DNA of 63,012 nucleotides, counting the filler, from Octopus bimaculoides (lineage: Eukaryota): the NCBI RefSeq assembly GCF_001194135.2. It is 6 parts of 5 records of this genome, joined end to end, with 100 filler letters (N's around TTAATTAATTAA, not from the genome) between each part and the next. Parts side by side here need not be neighbours in the genome. Positions count along the whole stretch, not along the records: positions 45,534 to 55,598 come from NC_068992.1; positions 55,699 to 63,012 come from NC_068982.1; 4 more parts are not named here. One strand, given 5' to 3'. The notes under the pieces were generated by a model that saw only the letters and a program-made list of their open reading frames with translations, did not search any database and had not been told where the DNA came from. Below are positions 50,640 to 63,012 of the stretch, in pieces. Made by a program: the position numbers and the translations under genes. Positions within the stretch are counted from its first letter, which is position 1. Each line of letters begins with the position of its first letter.

Positions 50640-52045
50640 GTCAACGAACGTGTAGAGGGGGCTGCCAACTATACTGTGCAGCAGTACATTATGCAGCAAT
50701 ATATTGTCAGCATGGGGTTTTACAACCAATAGTTGCTGAACTTCAGCATTATTTTCATCAAAGCAGTCTCTATCTATGACAGTAGCATATCCACGTGTTT
50801 CAGCAGCACATTGGAGAACCTGGTCTCGAGATTCTTCCCATACTGAAGTATTTTTAATGCTAGACAAGCAAGTCTAAAGCACTTCCATCAATACAGCATC
50901 GTATATCTTATGGACATTCACACGCTGGGGAATGTCAAATGGCCCCTTTCTCTCTTTCACTATAATCATCATCCGGCAATTTGCTCGCACCAGACTATAG
51001 TCTGTCCATCATTCTGATCCAGGAAAGGATTTGACATTACAAATGTCATAGATGTCACGCTTGCAGATAATTGCATAATCCAGCAAGTGGCAAACTTTAG
51101 ACCTGAGATGCATTCACATTGTCGTGTGATCATCTTTGTGCATAGAATGAATGCTTGCGATGCAAAGTTCATGTTCGTCGCAAAGCTCCAGCAGCATGAG
51201 ACCATTGTTATTCATTTTCCCCACACCAAAACGTCCTAGAGTTCCATATGTGCCATTCTGTTCCAACCCTGGCATTGAAATCCCCCAGTAGAATGACTTT
51301 ATCAGAATTGGGAATTTTCCCAAGTATAGCTCTCAGCTGGGTATAAACATGGTTTTTATCTCATCACAACTGGTCAAAGTAGGTGCATAGGAACTTATTA
51401 GTGTAGCAAACTACACACCTTTCAGGTGCTATCGTAAAGTCATTAGACGTTCATTTATAGGAACAGGAAGCTCCTCTAAATTCTTAAGGATATCAGATCA
51501 AACGGCAAAGCCAACACCAACCTATCCGCGCTCCTCCTTCGGCCTCCCCTTCCAAAAAGAGGTGTGTCCACTTCCTACTTTTTCAAGATGACCATCACTC
51601 TCTATACGAGTCTCTGAAAGTGCAGCTATATCAATGTTACAGCGGTTCTGCTCGCTAACAACAAGTGCAGTGTGTCTTCGAGGCCTACAATCGCTATCCA
51701 AGAGTGCGCACATTCCAACATGAAATGTTCAAATTCCATCCAGATTCTGTAAAACAATTCTCTTTGTTTTTCGAGCGCAGGGTGGGCATCTGTCAGACGC
51801 ACTAAACTGACCAAATATAGAAAGACAGGCAATTTTTGGTTCATATATGCAGAGTGACCTTCTCCTAGAGACGTTCTTCAACAGAAGCGGAGTAGTGCCT
51901 CACTCTCAGTGGTCTTGTAGCACACCGGACACCATCAAGGAATTTCTGCGTACCCGTGATGTTGCTAGATAGCTGTTAAGCCTGCACTAAGTCCATCCGA
52001 CCTTTTAACAGGTCTTGTTTTTAGTCCCGCTGGGTTTCTAGCAAC
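50640..52045 (-). mobile_element. RTE (BovB-like) LINE 5' part: UTR and APE endonuclease, RT absent
   Basis: IDIAALSETRI, FWKGRPKEER, GVGFAV, LGRFGVGKMNNNGLMLLELC. Confidence 0.85.
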
Positions 52046-52059
52046 CGTTCTCAACAGGG

Positions 52060-52410
52060 TGGTCTATTCACACTACAAGTTCATGTTTATACTTGTAATT
52101 ATTGGGGCTCTTGGTTATGTAACCCACTGCCTAAAAAACAAATTTGAGAAATTAGGCTTCTCAAAACCAGAAAGGAAAAAGCTAAATCAAAGACTACAGA
52201 TCCAGTCCATCACTGGAAATGTAAAAATCTGTAAAACTTTTCAGAAGTTTATCATTTAAATATATATTAGCCAGTCTAGATATGCAACTATATACATGAG
52301 AATACATACATAAAACAAATCATACAAATTTGCACGTATACATAGATACAAACAAAAATACCTTGTTGTTGATGTTGAAATTCCAGTGAAGGAGCCTTGA
52401 CAAACAGACA
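52060..52410 (+). mobile_element. RLE-type (R4-like) LINE extreme 3' end
   Basis: IIGALGYV...KLGFSKPERKKL...QSITGNVKICKTFQKFII* then UTR. Confidence 0.7.
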
Positions 52411-52446
52411 CACATACATCCATCCATACATGAACGCACACACACA

Positions 52447-52480
<34 letters not shown>

Positions 52481-52523
52481 TAAAACGCTAATGTACACTC
52501 GTTTACATGCACANNNNNNNNNN

Positions 52524-52560
<37 letters not shown>

Positions 52561-53654
52561 GTGTACGTGTTTACGAGATTTGATGTTTAATATTTAGTAA
52601 GAAAATTTGGTTGCGTTCTCAACATAACAAATCAATTTTACTTCTTGCTAGTGATGTACTTAATTGCCTATCGGTTAAGATATTCCCGCATTGACTAAGA
52701 TGTTACTGTGCAGTAATCAGATAGCAGTGTAAATGTGTTGCGAGTTTGAAAGGGAAAATGAATTAACTATTACACTTTGATCTCAACAAAATATTTGCCG
52801 TATTTTTGGTAAAACTACCGTAATATTCAAAACTACCCAAAATTAAATTATTGTGTGAGTTAGCCGTTGGAAAGAATTGAACTTTGATCTTTGAAATTAC
52901 GACACATAAAACTACAGATATATTACGAAACACTCGCCTTTCGTTGTATGAAAATATTTATATGTGAAAGTGAAAACAATATATAAAGTATTGGACAAAT
53001 TAAATGTTAATGAACATGTTTTCTCATTTTCACTTCAATAAACATACAAAAAATTGTTTCTTTGTTTAATTATTGTGAGAATATAGCATATTTCTCTTAT
53101 AAACGAGTTTGCTTCATAACAAAAATTACTTTCTTGAAAATGTGTTATTAGTTGTTGAAAATTTAATGTTCTGGTGTCGAGATAGTATTCTTAGTGTTAA
53201 TGGTTCTTCATCTCATAAATTTATACATTCTAACATCTAAAGGGGTTTATTCTAAAGAAAGTCCACATATACACGCACGCACACAAACATACATATAAAT
53301 GTATTAATTCATTTTACGAAGATATTAAGTTGCGGTACATTCCCTGTTTGTCTCCTGAGTGAAAGTCACAGTTACGGGATAATGCAAATGTAAATTAAAA
53401 AACAAATATATAAGAATAACAGAAAAAAAAAGGCAAACTGAAACGAGATAATGGGGCAAGGTTTGCATCAAAAACACTTCGAAATATTATAAGCAACGAG
53501 AAATAAAAATTGTCATATTAGACAGATAAAACGTTGGTATGTGAAAGATTTTCCTTTTTTAAAAGTTAGCGTGTAGTAGCCTCCTTTCAGTTACATATTG
53601 CAAAAGTATCAAACATTTTTCTCTAATTACAGCTCAGGGTCAATAATTTTAATA

Positions 53655-53960
53655 GGAGGAGTGGGGGGGGGGGATCGATTACATCGAACTCAGTATCCGC
53701 GAAAGGCAGTAAGGCAAAGTTGACCTGAATGCTATTTGATCTCGGTACATAAAGAGTCGAAAGAAATGTCGCTAAGCATTTTGGCCGAGGCTACCGACTC
53801 TGCTATTTCACCGCCTTTGACGTCTCATAAAACAAACTCTTCCTACATTAGGCACGAAGCCTGAAATTTTGTAAAGTGAACTAGTCTATTACATTGATAC
53901 CAGTTCGCAACTACGTCCGGTTTGCTAAAGATTTTGCTATGTCGCCGCTTTGATCTCATA
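53655..53960 (-). mobile_element. Degenerate SINE B copies
   Basis: GCAAAGTTGACC...CGCTAAGCATTTTGGCCG blocks. Confidence 0.65.
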
Positions 53961-53967
53961 AATTAAA

Positions 53968-54354
53968 GCAGTCATCGTGGCACTCCGTCGGTTGCGACGA
54001 CTAGGGTTTCAGTTGATCCGATCAACGGAACAGCCTGTTCGGGAAATTGACGTGCAAGTGGTTGAGCAATTCAAAGACACGTGTACCCTTTACGTAGTTC
54101 TCGGAGAGATTCAGCGTGACACAGTGTGACAACGCTGGCCCTTTGAAGTACAAGTACAACAGAAACAGGAAGGAATAATGAAAGTTGTGGTGAAAGAGTA
54201 CAGCAGAGTTTGCCACCCCCTCCCCCGCCGAAGACATGTGGAATTTTAAGTGATTTTGCTCAATAAATACTCACAACGCCTAGTCTGGGAATCGAAATCG
54301 CGATCCTACAGCTGCAAGTCCACTGCACTAACCACTGGGACATTGCGACTCCAC
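53968..54354 (-). mobile_element. tRNA-derived SINE family C
   Basis: Minus head GTGGAGTCGCAATGTCCCAGTGGTTAG...TTTCGATTCCCAG; tail GGATCAACTGAAACCC...CCGACGGAGTGCCAC. Confidence 0.75.
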
Positions 54355-55182
54355 CATGCTGTCATAATGTATATGTCAAAACAAAATGCAGGATGGTGGT
54401 GTCTGGATGTTCTTTAGATCACGTTTCTCCTGAATCATATTTGACCTTGGATGAACAACGTCTCCTAGGGACATAAAACCATTACTAATATGAACGCTAT
54501 AAATATTTAATTATATGTGTACATATTTCATAAAAACAAAACTTGAGTGTTAAGACATGTACGATTCTAGACTTAGGTGTATATTTAGGTGAAAAAAAAT
54601 GTCTACAAGCCGATGAATTCAAACAGTGTCCTTTGAGGAATATAGCAATGATAACATGACAAAATAACAAGAAACATAACTACTTTTTGATATTTACAGA
54701 TGTATTTCGTATCAGGAACGTGTGCTAAAAATGATCTTCAGTCTAAATCAAACTTAATAAACTAATGTCCATATAGATTTCCAATAATCAGTAGTGAAAA
54801 TTATATATATCGAAATACAGCAATCTAAAACACTAACAGGAAGAAGTACATATGCATATTGTTTTTATACACTTATAGACACACGCGCACACAGAAACAC
54901 ACAAACACACACACGCACTCAAACACACAGATACACATACATATATATACATACAACTTATATGTTTGTATGTGCGTCTGTGTTAGGCAAACTTGTATTC
55001 GGTTGCGAAACACGTGTAAAGATTATGTAACATATTATGTCATGATTTTAATATATACATAACATAGCTCTCTGGTTTCATTCCGCTGTCCGATATACAC
55101 TATAAAGTATTCAAATGCCCATAATTCCGAAAGAAAATAGGATAAATAATATTTAATATTTTGAATATTTGATCGGAATAAA

Positions 55183-55380
55183 AGGCGGCGAGCTGGAAGA
55201 ATTGTTTCCCCGCGTCGGACAAAATGCTTAGCGGCATTTCGTCCATTTTTTTACTTTTTGTGTCTAAAATTCCGCATAGATCGGTTTACCTTCCATCATT
55301 CCAGGGATGACGGAAGTGGGAACGACGTTATTAACCTATCCCCCCACCTTGGAAATGCGGTCTTTATACCTAAATTTGCC
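55183..55380 (+). mobile_element. SINE B, degenerate
   Basis: GGCGGCGAGCTGGAAGAA...AAAATGCTTAGCGGCATTTCGTCC. Confidence 0.75.
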
Positions 55381-55699
55381 ACCGATATACCCTCGGAATT
55401 CTACTCACCGTTTAACTGTCACCTTATGTCATTGCAATTAGCAATTTTTCAGTATACATACATATATGTGTAGGGGGGGGGGAGCAAATCCAAAATAAAA
55501 AAATGAGGCTAAACAACCAACGTCACTAAAACCTACACAGTGAATATATTAGAATGACGTTCAAAGTATTAGATGGAAAAATAGGTTTGGTCTCATATNN
55601 NNNNNNNNNNNNNNNNNNNNNNNNNNNNNNNNNNNNNNNNNNTTAATTAATTAANNNNNNNNNNNNNNNNNNNNNNNNNNNNNNNNNNNNNNNNNNNNC

Positions 55700-55858
55700 T
55701 CTTGCAACTGTCTCACTAGAAATAAGGCATCAGTAGTGCTTTTACCTGGCACGAACCCAAACTGCATCTCATCTAAATTGATTCGCTCCCTAATTAGTTG
55801 GGCTATGACCCTCTCTGTAACTTTCATAACCTGATCTAACAGCTTGATGCCTCTGTAA
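55700..55858 (-). mobile_element. RTE RT fragment, same family as 9189-11110, runs into a gap
   Basis: YRGIKLLDQVMKVTERVIAQLIRERINLDEMQFGFVPGKSTTDALFLVRQLQ. Confidence 0.88.
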
Positions 55859-56514
55859 TGTATATGTATTTATATATGTATTTATAGATTTATACCAAAA
55901 TTTGGTAAAAATATTGTATCTGTTATCATAGGTCATAATAAAGTTTTTACAATGGATCATCTTTTAGCTCTTATTTAAATCAATATATATATATATATAT
56001 ATATATATTACATATCATTTGTTTAGTTGTATATCATCAATAACAATAATAATGTTTAACGAACAATTAATTACAGATGTAACATTGCCTGGAAAAACTA
56101 AAAGTGGCCAAATCACATTCCCAACATGACATTTCCTATGACAGGTAACACACTTGTCAGTATATAACTTTTAGTAACTGAGGTAACTCCAAAATGATCA
56201 GAGTCATCTCTCTTTGTGGAATGAGAAAACAGAAGGATGAAGACACAAGCAATTATGTTAATCATTTACACAATTATTGATATATTGCTGATCCTATACC
56301 TTTTATGAATAATTACACTAATTAAAGATTAAATAAGGAATATATTTGCTTGATGCAGAATGCATTAAATGTACTATCTTTGCTATAGATTACTGGTTGT
56401 TTATTCTATTGTAAACTTTCTGCTGACAGTATTTCATTTCTTCTTATTCTTTATTTTGATGTCTTTCAAAACTCAATGGGAAATTTAATTTTCACTTCTC
56501 CATAATTTTATTCT

Positions 56515-56825
56515 GGGTGATAAGGTATTTTGTTGCGTCTTGGAAGAGTCATTCTCTTTTAGTGTCTTATTATTTAACACACTCACAGGTGAAGTTTCCA
56601 CTCATTTACTCATTTATTTTTCCTAAAATTTTCATTGCTTCTTGCAACCTTTTCAATAGTCATTGACTCTGTCCAGAGTCAATGACTATTGAAAAGGTTG
56701 CAACAAGCAACAAAAATTTTAGGAAAAATAGATGAGTGGAAACTTTACCAGCGAATGTGTTAAATCATAAAGCACTAAAAGAGAATGACTCTCCCCAGAC
56801 ACAACAAAATATGCTTCAACACACG
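56515..56825. repeat. About 310-bp palindrome (fold-back) with a 2-nt loop
   Basis: Perfect 30-bp inner stem 56642-56671 / 56674-56703; imperfect arms extend to about 150 bp each. Confidence 0.93.
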
Positions 56826-57189
56826 AACTCACATAAAGAATCTTACAAACCAAATCCAAAAACAAAGTGATAAGGTATTCTTATTCTGTTATTGTTATTT
56901 CAGCACATGTCAACTCTCAACAACTGGAACTATGATTAAGCACATTACCGCAATGATAATACAAACTCATTTTCAGATATAGTGTCCTGAAGGCTACATT
57001 GTCAAATGTCCCTTTCTTAAAGAAGGTAAGATACAAGACCAAGGGACCCTTGTGAGAATCATATACCAGAGTTATATTCCAGGGGACAAGAACAATTATA
57101 AGATTTAATCCCATCACCAAGATTATAATTATTCAGCATTTATATCTCTCAGCTATGGAGAAGATTCTCTCAGTTTTCAAATATCTTTT

Positions 57190-57385
57190 ATTTATTCCTT
57201 TTTTACTTGTTTCAGTCATCAGATTACGGCCAGGCTGGGGCGGCACCTCCCATTACTTTTTCCTTTTAAGCCTGGTACTTATTCCATTGGTCTCTTTTGC
57301 TGAACTGCTAAGTTACTAAGTTACAGGGACGTAAATACAACAACAATGGTTGTCAAGCAGCGGTGGAGGACAAACACAGACATGA
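57190..57385 (-). mobile_element. SINE A 3' half
   Basis: TTTTACTTGTTTCAGTCA...GGTTGTCAAGC. Confidence 0.8.
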
Positions 57386-57487
57386 AGACACACACATACA
57401 CACACACACACACACTTATATACACACACACACACTTATATACACACACATGCATACATATATAAACACATACACACACACGTGCAT

Positions 57488-57538
<51 letters not shown>

Positions 57539-57689
57539 TATAATTTAGAGAAGAACCACCATTATACAATTCAGGCAATGAAAGACCCCAATGACACCAT
57601 CCAGAAAAAAAAATACACTATAAAAATACTAATTTAAGAATTCAATAAAGCATAAAATGTAAATAGTAGTGAATTGATATATTCCCTAA

Positions 57690-57724
<35 letters not shown>

Positions 57725-57732
57725 GTATATAT

Positions 57733-58660
57733 ACTAGCTGAGGTACCCAGTAATACCCAGGAGGGGGATATTCCCAGTACCCATTACAATGCCTAATTTC
57801 TGTCAGACGAAAAATGAAATTGAGACATAGGACAGGTAATAGAAGGTGCAAACAAATTCATTCACGAAATAATTCAAATAAATACGTGTGGAATCAGAAA
57901 ATGACAATCGTTTGGTCAGATGAGTGGAAAGCTGCAAATATATAATCAATGGAAACATCAAGAAAGGAATTGTAAAGGAGTGCTATGAAAAAAAAAAGAA
58001 GAAAGTAAACAAAAAATTATTTAGAGAAAAGAACTTTATAATTACAAAAATGGCTGGAGTGCAGAGGTGACAATGTGGCAGTCATAAGAGTTGTAAGATG
58101 CTATGAGAAGGGTGAAAAAGCATACAAAAATGACGATTTTCATTTTGGGGTAGATTCTCTTGCAACCCAAGAGAAAATTTTAAATGCACTTAATTTGATG
58201 ACTGTGTTTCATGTGTATAGTTTCACTGATCGTGAGAATCAAATATCTATTGTAACGGTTGGAACTGACAATTTTAAGTGCAGATGTTGAGAAAATACAT
58301 GTTACAGCAACCTGAGAATGCTGAAATAATTGATGAACATTTTAACCCCACACCAATTTAGGCCAAATTTCGTTAATCAGTTAAGCAAAAATCATCTTAC
58401 GCTTTGCTTGAGTGGTCCAGGTAAAAATTTAATCATTTCAGCCTATCCTTAGCACATATTCCATTTGTGTATAAAATTTCAAGAAAATTAGTTGAAAACT
58501 TTAAAAGTTATGGCAGAAAATAATATTCATATGAGAATTTGCATTAAAATATCCCATTGATCTTTGAAAAATCGATGGTGATTAAAAATCATCAATTTTT
58601 TTGAAAATTCCAAGTGTGTAAGTGATCGCATGGGCATAAGCCCCACACATGTGTCAAGTT
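57733..58660 (-). mobile_element. Possible non-autonomous Helitron-like element
   Basis: A|CTAG terminus with CpG-decayed hairpin (TACCCAG...CCCAGG); body AAATTTCAAGAAAATTAGTTGA; far end uncertain. Confidence 0.4.
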
Positions 58661-58924
58661 AATTAAGTCTCAGAGTTAAAGTAGCAAATTCACAAACATA
58701 CACAACCACAAACAGACAGAAATTACCACATATGTATATANNNNNNNNNNNNNNNNNNNNNNNNNNNNNNNNNNNNNNNNNNNNNNNNNNNNNNNNNNNN
58801 NNNNNNNTGTATATACACATACACACACATATGGTATGATCACAACTGTGTGACGAATGGTAATGTGAAACTCTGAGTAATAGTTTGTGAAGATTTTTTT
58901 TTTCAGCTTTAATAAAAGTATATA

Positions 58925-59065
58925 TACAACGGGTTTCTTTCAGTTTCCATCTACGAAATCCATTCAGAATGCCTAAGGTTATAGAAGACATTTGCCCAAT
59001 GTGCCACATAGTGGGTATGAACTAGGGCCCATGTGGTTGGGATACACATGTCTTTAATACACGGC
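58925..59065 (-). mobile_element. SINE A head
   Basis: GGGTTTCTTTCAGTTTCCATCTAC...CCATGTGGTTGG. Confidence 0.75.
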
Positions 59066-60144
59066 CACATCTCTGCTTCTATAGCTAAAGTAATATAGTA
59101 AGGTCAAGGTAAGTGAAAATAAGGCAATAATGAAGGTTTTCTTCTGTGGCAGAAGAGAAAAAAAACCTTCTCACTAATTTTCAAATCCTGAAAAAATTAA
59201 ATGAAAACAAGATTCATATGTACTTTTGCCAATGAATTCTCCGAGCAACACAAATTAATAGAACACCCATTAATATCATTAGTGATATCATTCCTTATTC
59301 AAAACCATGCAATAAGTTCTTGATCAGTGAACAATATTTGTTCCATTATTACCCTATAATTTATTGGTTCAATATAAGTGGTTTTCTGGTATGGATGATC
59401 AGAGTTATTCACAGGATATGTTTTAAATGAAAGATTGCAAAATGCTATCATATTGGAGATCCTATGCTTCAATGAATGTGAAAGATCTTATTTTTGATAT
59501 ATCCTCAAATGATTAATGTTCATGTTCCTGATTGCAAAGCTTCGAAATGTTATCCCTCTACCACAAACATTTCAGATGTATTTAAGGTATGGAGGACTAT
59601 TTCATTCGTGTAATGTTCTTGGATTTCACATTTTTCCAGAATATTGGCCAGTACCAAAACTAATAAAAAATATACTAAAAAACACTCGACGTTATTAATG
59701 ATTACAAACTGACCTCCATTTAATCTAAGATTATATATATTGCCTGAAGCTTCTACTTTCTTGTAAAATGTTGATGAAAGCAAGATGTCTGGACAGATTG
59801 ATCACTATACATATACTTTTGAACCAGAATATCCCAAAAGCAATTAGATTTCTATAGTTATCTTTACAGATATTAGATCTATGTTTGGAATACAAAGGAG
59901 ATAAAGAGAAAATAAAATCTTTGGTTATATATGCTTTCAATTAACACAATGTTGTGTTCTCATCTTCATATTCACAATTTCAAGTGTTTTAGTCCTAGAT
60001 ATTTTTACAGTTTTTCTGAATCGGTAGGATAATTAACAATAATTTGCTGATGGTTTTCTAAATAAACTTCAAAACGATGAAAATAACAATCAATCAAAAA
60101 AAGAACCAGAATGGGAATATCTCTTGGACTATTTGCATTATTGG

Positions 60145-60510
60145 AGATTATCTTTTATTGTATTTCAGTCACTGGAGTGCAGCCAAGCTGGAGCAATGTC
60201 TTCAAGGATATAGTCAAATACATCAACCACAGTTTGGTACTTATTCAATCAGTCTCTAAGCCAAGCTAAGTTATGGAGATGTAAACGAACCAATGCAGGT
60301 TGCCAGGCAGGTGGGGATGACAGACACAGACTCAAAGATACGCATAAACATATACAGATACAGGTTTCTTTTCAGTTTCCGTCCACCATATCCATTCACA
60401 AAGCTTTGGTTCATGTATGGCTTTAGTAGAAGGCACTTCTTCAAGGTACCATGCATTGGGACTGAACTCAGAACCATGTATTTCGGAAGCACGTTTCTCA
60501 CCACACAGAC
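60145..60510 (-). mobile_element. SINE A, degenerate
   Basis: TTTCAGTCACTGG tail; GGACTGAACTCAGAACCATG head. Confidence 0.75.
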
Positions 60511-61172
60511 ACAATTGCACTTGAATATTATCAAATATTTCATGTTCGTCTAATATAAAATCTTCCTCAAAACAGTTGAGATTTTGAAAATGTATTTTAT
60601 TGTTTGAATAAAAGATAAATATACAATTAAAAATGTACATATATGTAAATATAATTACAGGGTATCTCATTATTATGCATGCTAAAAAAGATAGCTGTAT
60701 CAGTATTTCTGATAAAATCGTGACTTGAAAACCTTTTAACACTAAAATCGAGAGGAAATACTGAACAAGTTTTGATAATTTGCTATTAGTTTGTAAACAA
60801 TCATAATGTATAAGATAAAGACCACTCATTTATTTAAGTTTAATGGTCATGTGGAAATAAGGTATCCCATAATTGAAATAAACAAAGCTTTTATGTCTAA
60901 GCTAATGGCAGTGTTAGGAAAATATGAATTTAATGAAACCTTTTGAAATAAATGAACAATGCTAAAATATTGTTGTATAGTAGTGTTTTATTTTTTTGTA
61001 AAGATTATTGTTTAAACAATATATAAAACAATCAGGATAAAGCACATGAAATAAACTCTATGTAACATTTAACATTGCAAAGGAGTAAAACACTGCAACT
61101 TGTAACTCTCGACTCTAATAAAAGTTTCTGGCCTCTGTATTATTATATACGTGTGTTTGTGTGTGTGTATGT

Positions 61173-61325
61173 AAGCTGTGTGGTAAGAAGTTTGCTCCCC
61201 AACCACATGGTTTTGAGTTCAGTTCCACAGCATGGCACCTCGGACAAGTGTCTTCTATTATTACCTTGGGACAATCAAATCTCTGTGAGTGGATTTGGTA
61301 GAAGGAAACTAAAAGAAACCCAATG
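61173..61325 (+). mobile_element. SINE A head
   Basis: AGCTGTGTGGTAAGAAG...CCACATGGTTTTGAGTTCAGTTCC...GGAAACTAAAAGAAACCC. Confidence 0.8.
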
Positions 61326-61329
61326 TGTG

Positions 61330-61376
<47 letters not shown>

Positions 61377-61555
61377 AATGAGTTGTCACATCAAAGTAGG
61401 AGTTGAATGTTATTACTAGTTTAACCACAGGCAGATTCTCCACCAGCTGGTTTTCGATGCAATCTTCTGCATCCTTTATATACAATATATCAATAACAGG
61501 GGGGAGCGAACCCCTACTAATCTCCATCAGCTAACAGGATCACATTATTGGCCCA

Positions 61556-61582
61556 GTTTCGAGCTAGTTGGCTCTTCGTCAG
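61556..61582 (-). ncRNA. Hammerhead-ribozyme-like core, probably a Penelope pLTR remnant
   Basis: CTGACGA-A-GAGC-CAACTA-GCTC-GAAAC; no clear GUH cleavage triplet downstream. Confidence 0.45.
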
Positions 61583-61719
61583 CCTTTGTGTACCTGTGCA
61601 ATGGAATGATAGCTAAGATCCGCTTCTGCCAGCATGGCCCCTGTCTGATACACACACACATGCATGCATATATACATATCACATATATATATAAAAAATA
61701 TATATGTATATAATATATA

Positions 61720-62992
61720 TCGGGTCATCCCATAAATAATGTTGTTTTATCAATTGCATGAACTAAAAGTCAGAGATGGGTGGGATAAACTACCTGCATG
61801 AACTTGCTATAAATGCAAGTAGTAATTTTACCTTGTACTTATACTTATTGCACGTTTTGAAGAGTGCAGTTTGATTCTATTATTTTTTCAAAGCTATAAT
61901 GGAAATGACAAAGGGGCATATTTGGCATATTTTGCTTTATGAGTTCAATAAAGGCAAAAATGCAATGGAAAGTGCAAGGAATATTAATGCAGTATATGGG
62001 GATTGAAAAATAAGCAAAAACCAGTATCAATGGTGGTTCCAGAAATTCCAAGCCTAGAAGACGAGCCTCATTCTGGAAGATCTGTAGAGCATGACAAGGA
62101 TGTCCTGCAAAACTTGGTGGAATAAAATCCCATCATAATTGTTGAGGAACTATCAGAGAAGCTTGGATTTGGTCATTTCAGTCATTCATTGACACCTGTG
62201 TGCCATTGGAAAAGTCAGCAAATTGGGTCAATGTGTTCCTCACAAACTTCCAAACTCTAATTTTGTGCAGAGAGTGAATATGTGCTCTTCTTTGCTGTCA
62301 CATCTCACGAATGAACCTTTTTTGGACAGAATAGGGACTGGTGACAAGAAATGGGTTCTCTATAAAAATGTCAAGCACCAAAGACAGTGGTTCGGGAAAG
62401 GAGAAACACCAGCACCCCAGGCTAAAGATGGTTTTCACCCACATAAGGTTTTGTTATTTGTTTGGTGGGATATGAAAGGTTTAGTCTGCTTTGAATTTTT
62501 AAGCCCAAACCAAACAATAACAAAGGAGATCTACTGTGAATAGCTTGAGCAGCTTAAGTCAGCGCTAGAAAAAAACACGACCATCTTTGGCTTCAAGACA
62601 AAAGGTGTTCTTCCATCAGGATAATGCTCAGCCACATACAACGTGGATGACATTCTAAAGGCTGGAGCAGTTTGAATGAGAAATGATGCCTCACCCACCA
62701 TATTCACTGGACATTGCCCCATCTGATTATCATTTATTCTGCAGTGATTTGGATGGAAAAAATATGAATTCTGTAGATGAGGTCAGAATAGTACTGGAGG
62801 AGAATTTTTCTTCATGGACAAGTGAATTTTGGAAGAGAGTTAGGGTTAGAGTTAGGATCTGCTAGATAGATGAAAGAACATTGTATAAAATGAAAGAGAG
62901 TATATTTTAGATTAAAAAAGGACTTTGTTTACCTTAATTTTGAAAAATAAAAAAAAGTATTAAAAAAACGCATTATTTATGGGATGACTCAA
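61720..62992 (+). mobile_element. Full-length (1273 bp) mariner DD34D transposon, decayed
   Basis: TIR (T/C)G(G/A)GTCATCCCATAAATAATG with TA flanks; CVPHKL (WVPHEL), TGDKKW, HQDNAQPH, HPPYSLDIAPSDYHLF; stops and frameshifts. Confidence 0.93.
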
Positions 62993-63012
62993 TATATATA
63001 TATATATATATA

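Noticed and set aside
60332-60829. 165-aa minus ORF
   Set aside because: The C-terminal third is SINE A sequence and the rest is AT-rich with no motif or clear splice sites

Overview
63 kb of AT-rich animal genomic DNA, dense in microsatellites and transposable elements, with many scaffold gaps. The SINE/LINE repertoire resembles what I recall from octopus genomes; the species is an inference. There are no prokaryotic features, CRISPR arrays, rRNA genes or convincing tRNA genes. Main elements: a complete Buster-type hAT transposon with TIRs and an 8-bp TSD (700-4550), a two-LTR Mag-clade Ty3/Gypsy retrotransposon (4746-9001) and a related solo LTR, several RTE, R4/Dong-like and CR1-like LINE remnants, Helitron remnants, a full-length decayed mariner (61720-62992), a DUF4817-type Tc1/mariner with a nested MULE, Penelope-like remnants with hammerhead-like cores, and about 25 SINE copies. 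All TE ORFs are decayed. A probable host gene runs on the minus strand: three phase-compatible exons (19945-19880, 17988-17868, 16274-16014) encode about 149 aa of an unidentified, probably extracellular protein, and weaker exon candidates lie upstream. I find no solid evidence for a wholly new system. The best leads are that gene, two long fold-back structures, a templated insertion and a duplicated PBS in the Gypsy element, a candidate recursive splice site, and a hammerhead core.
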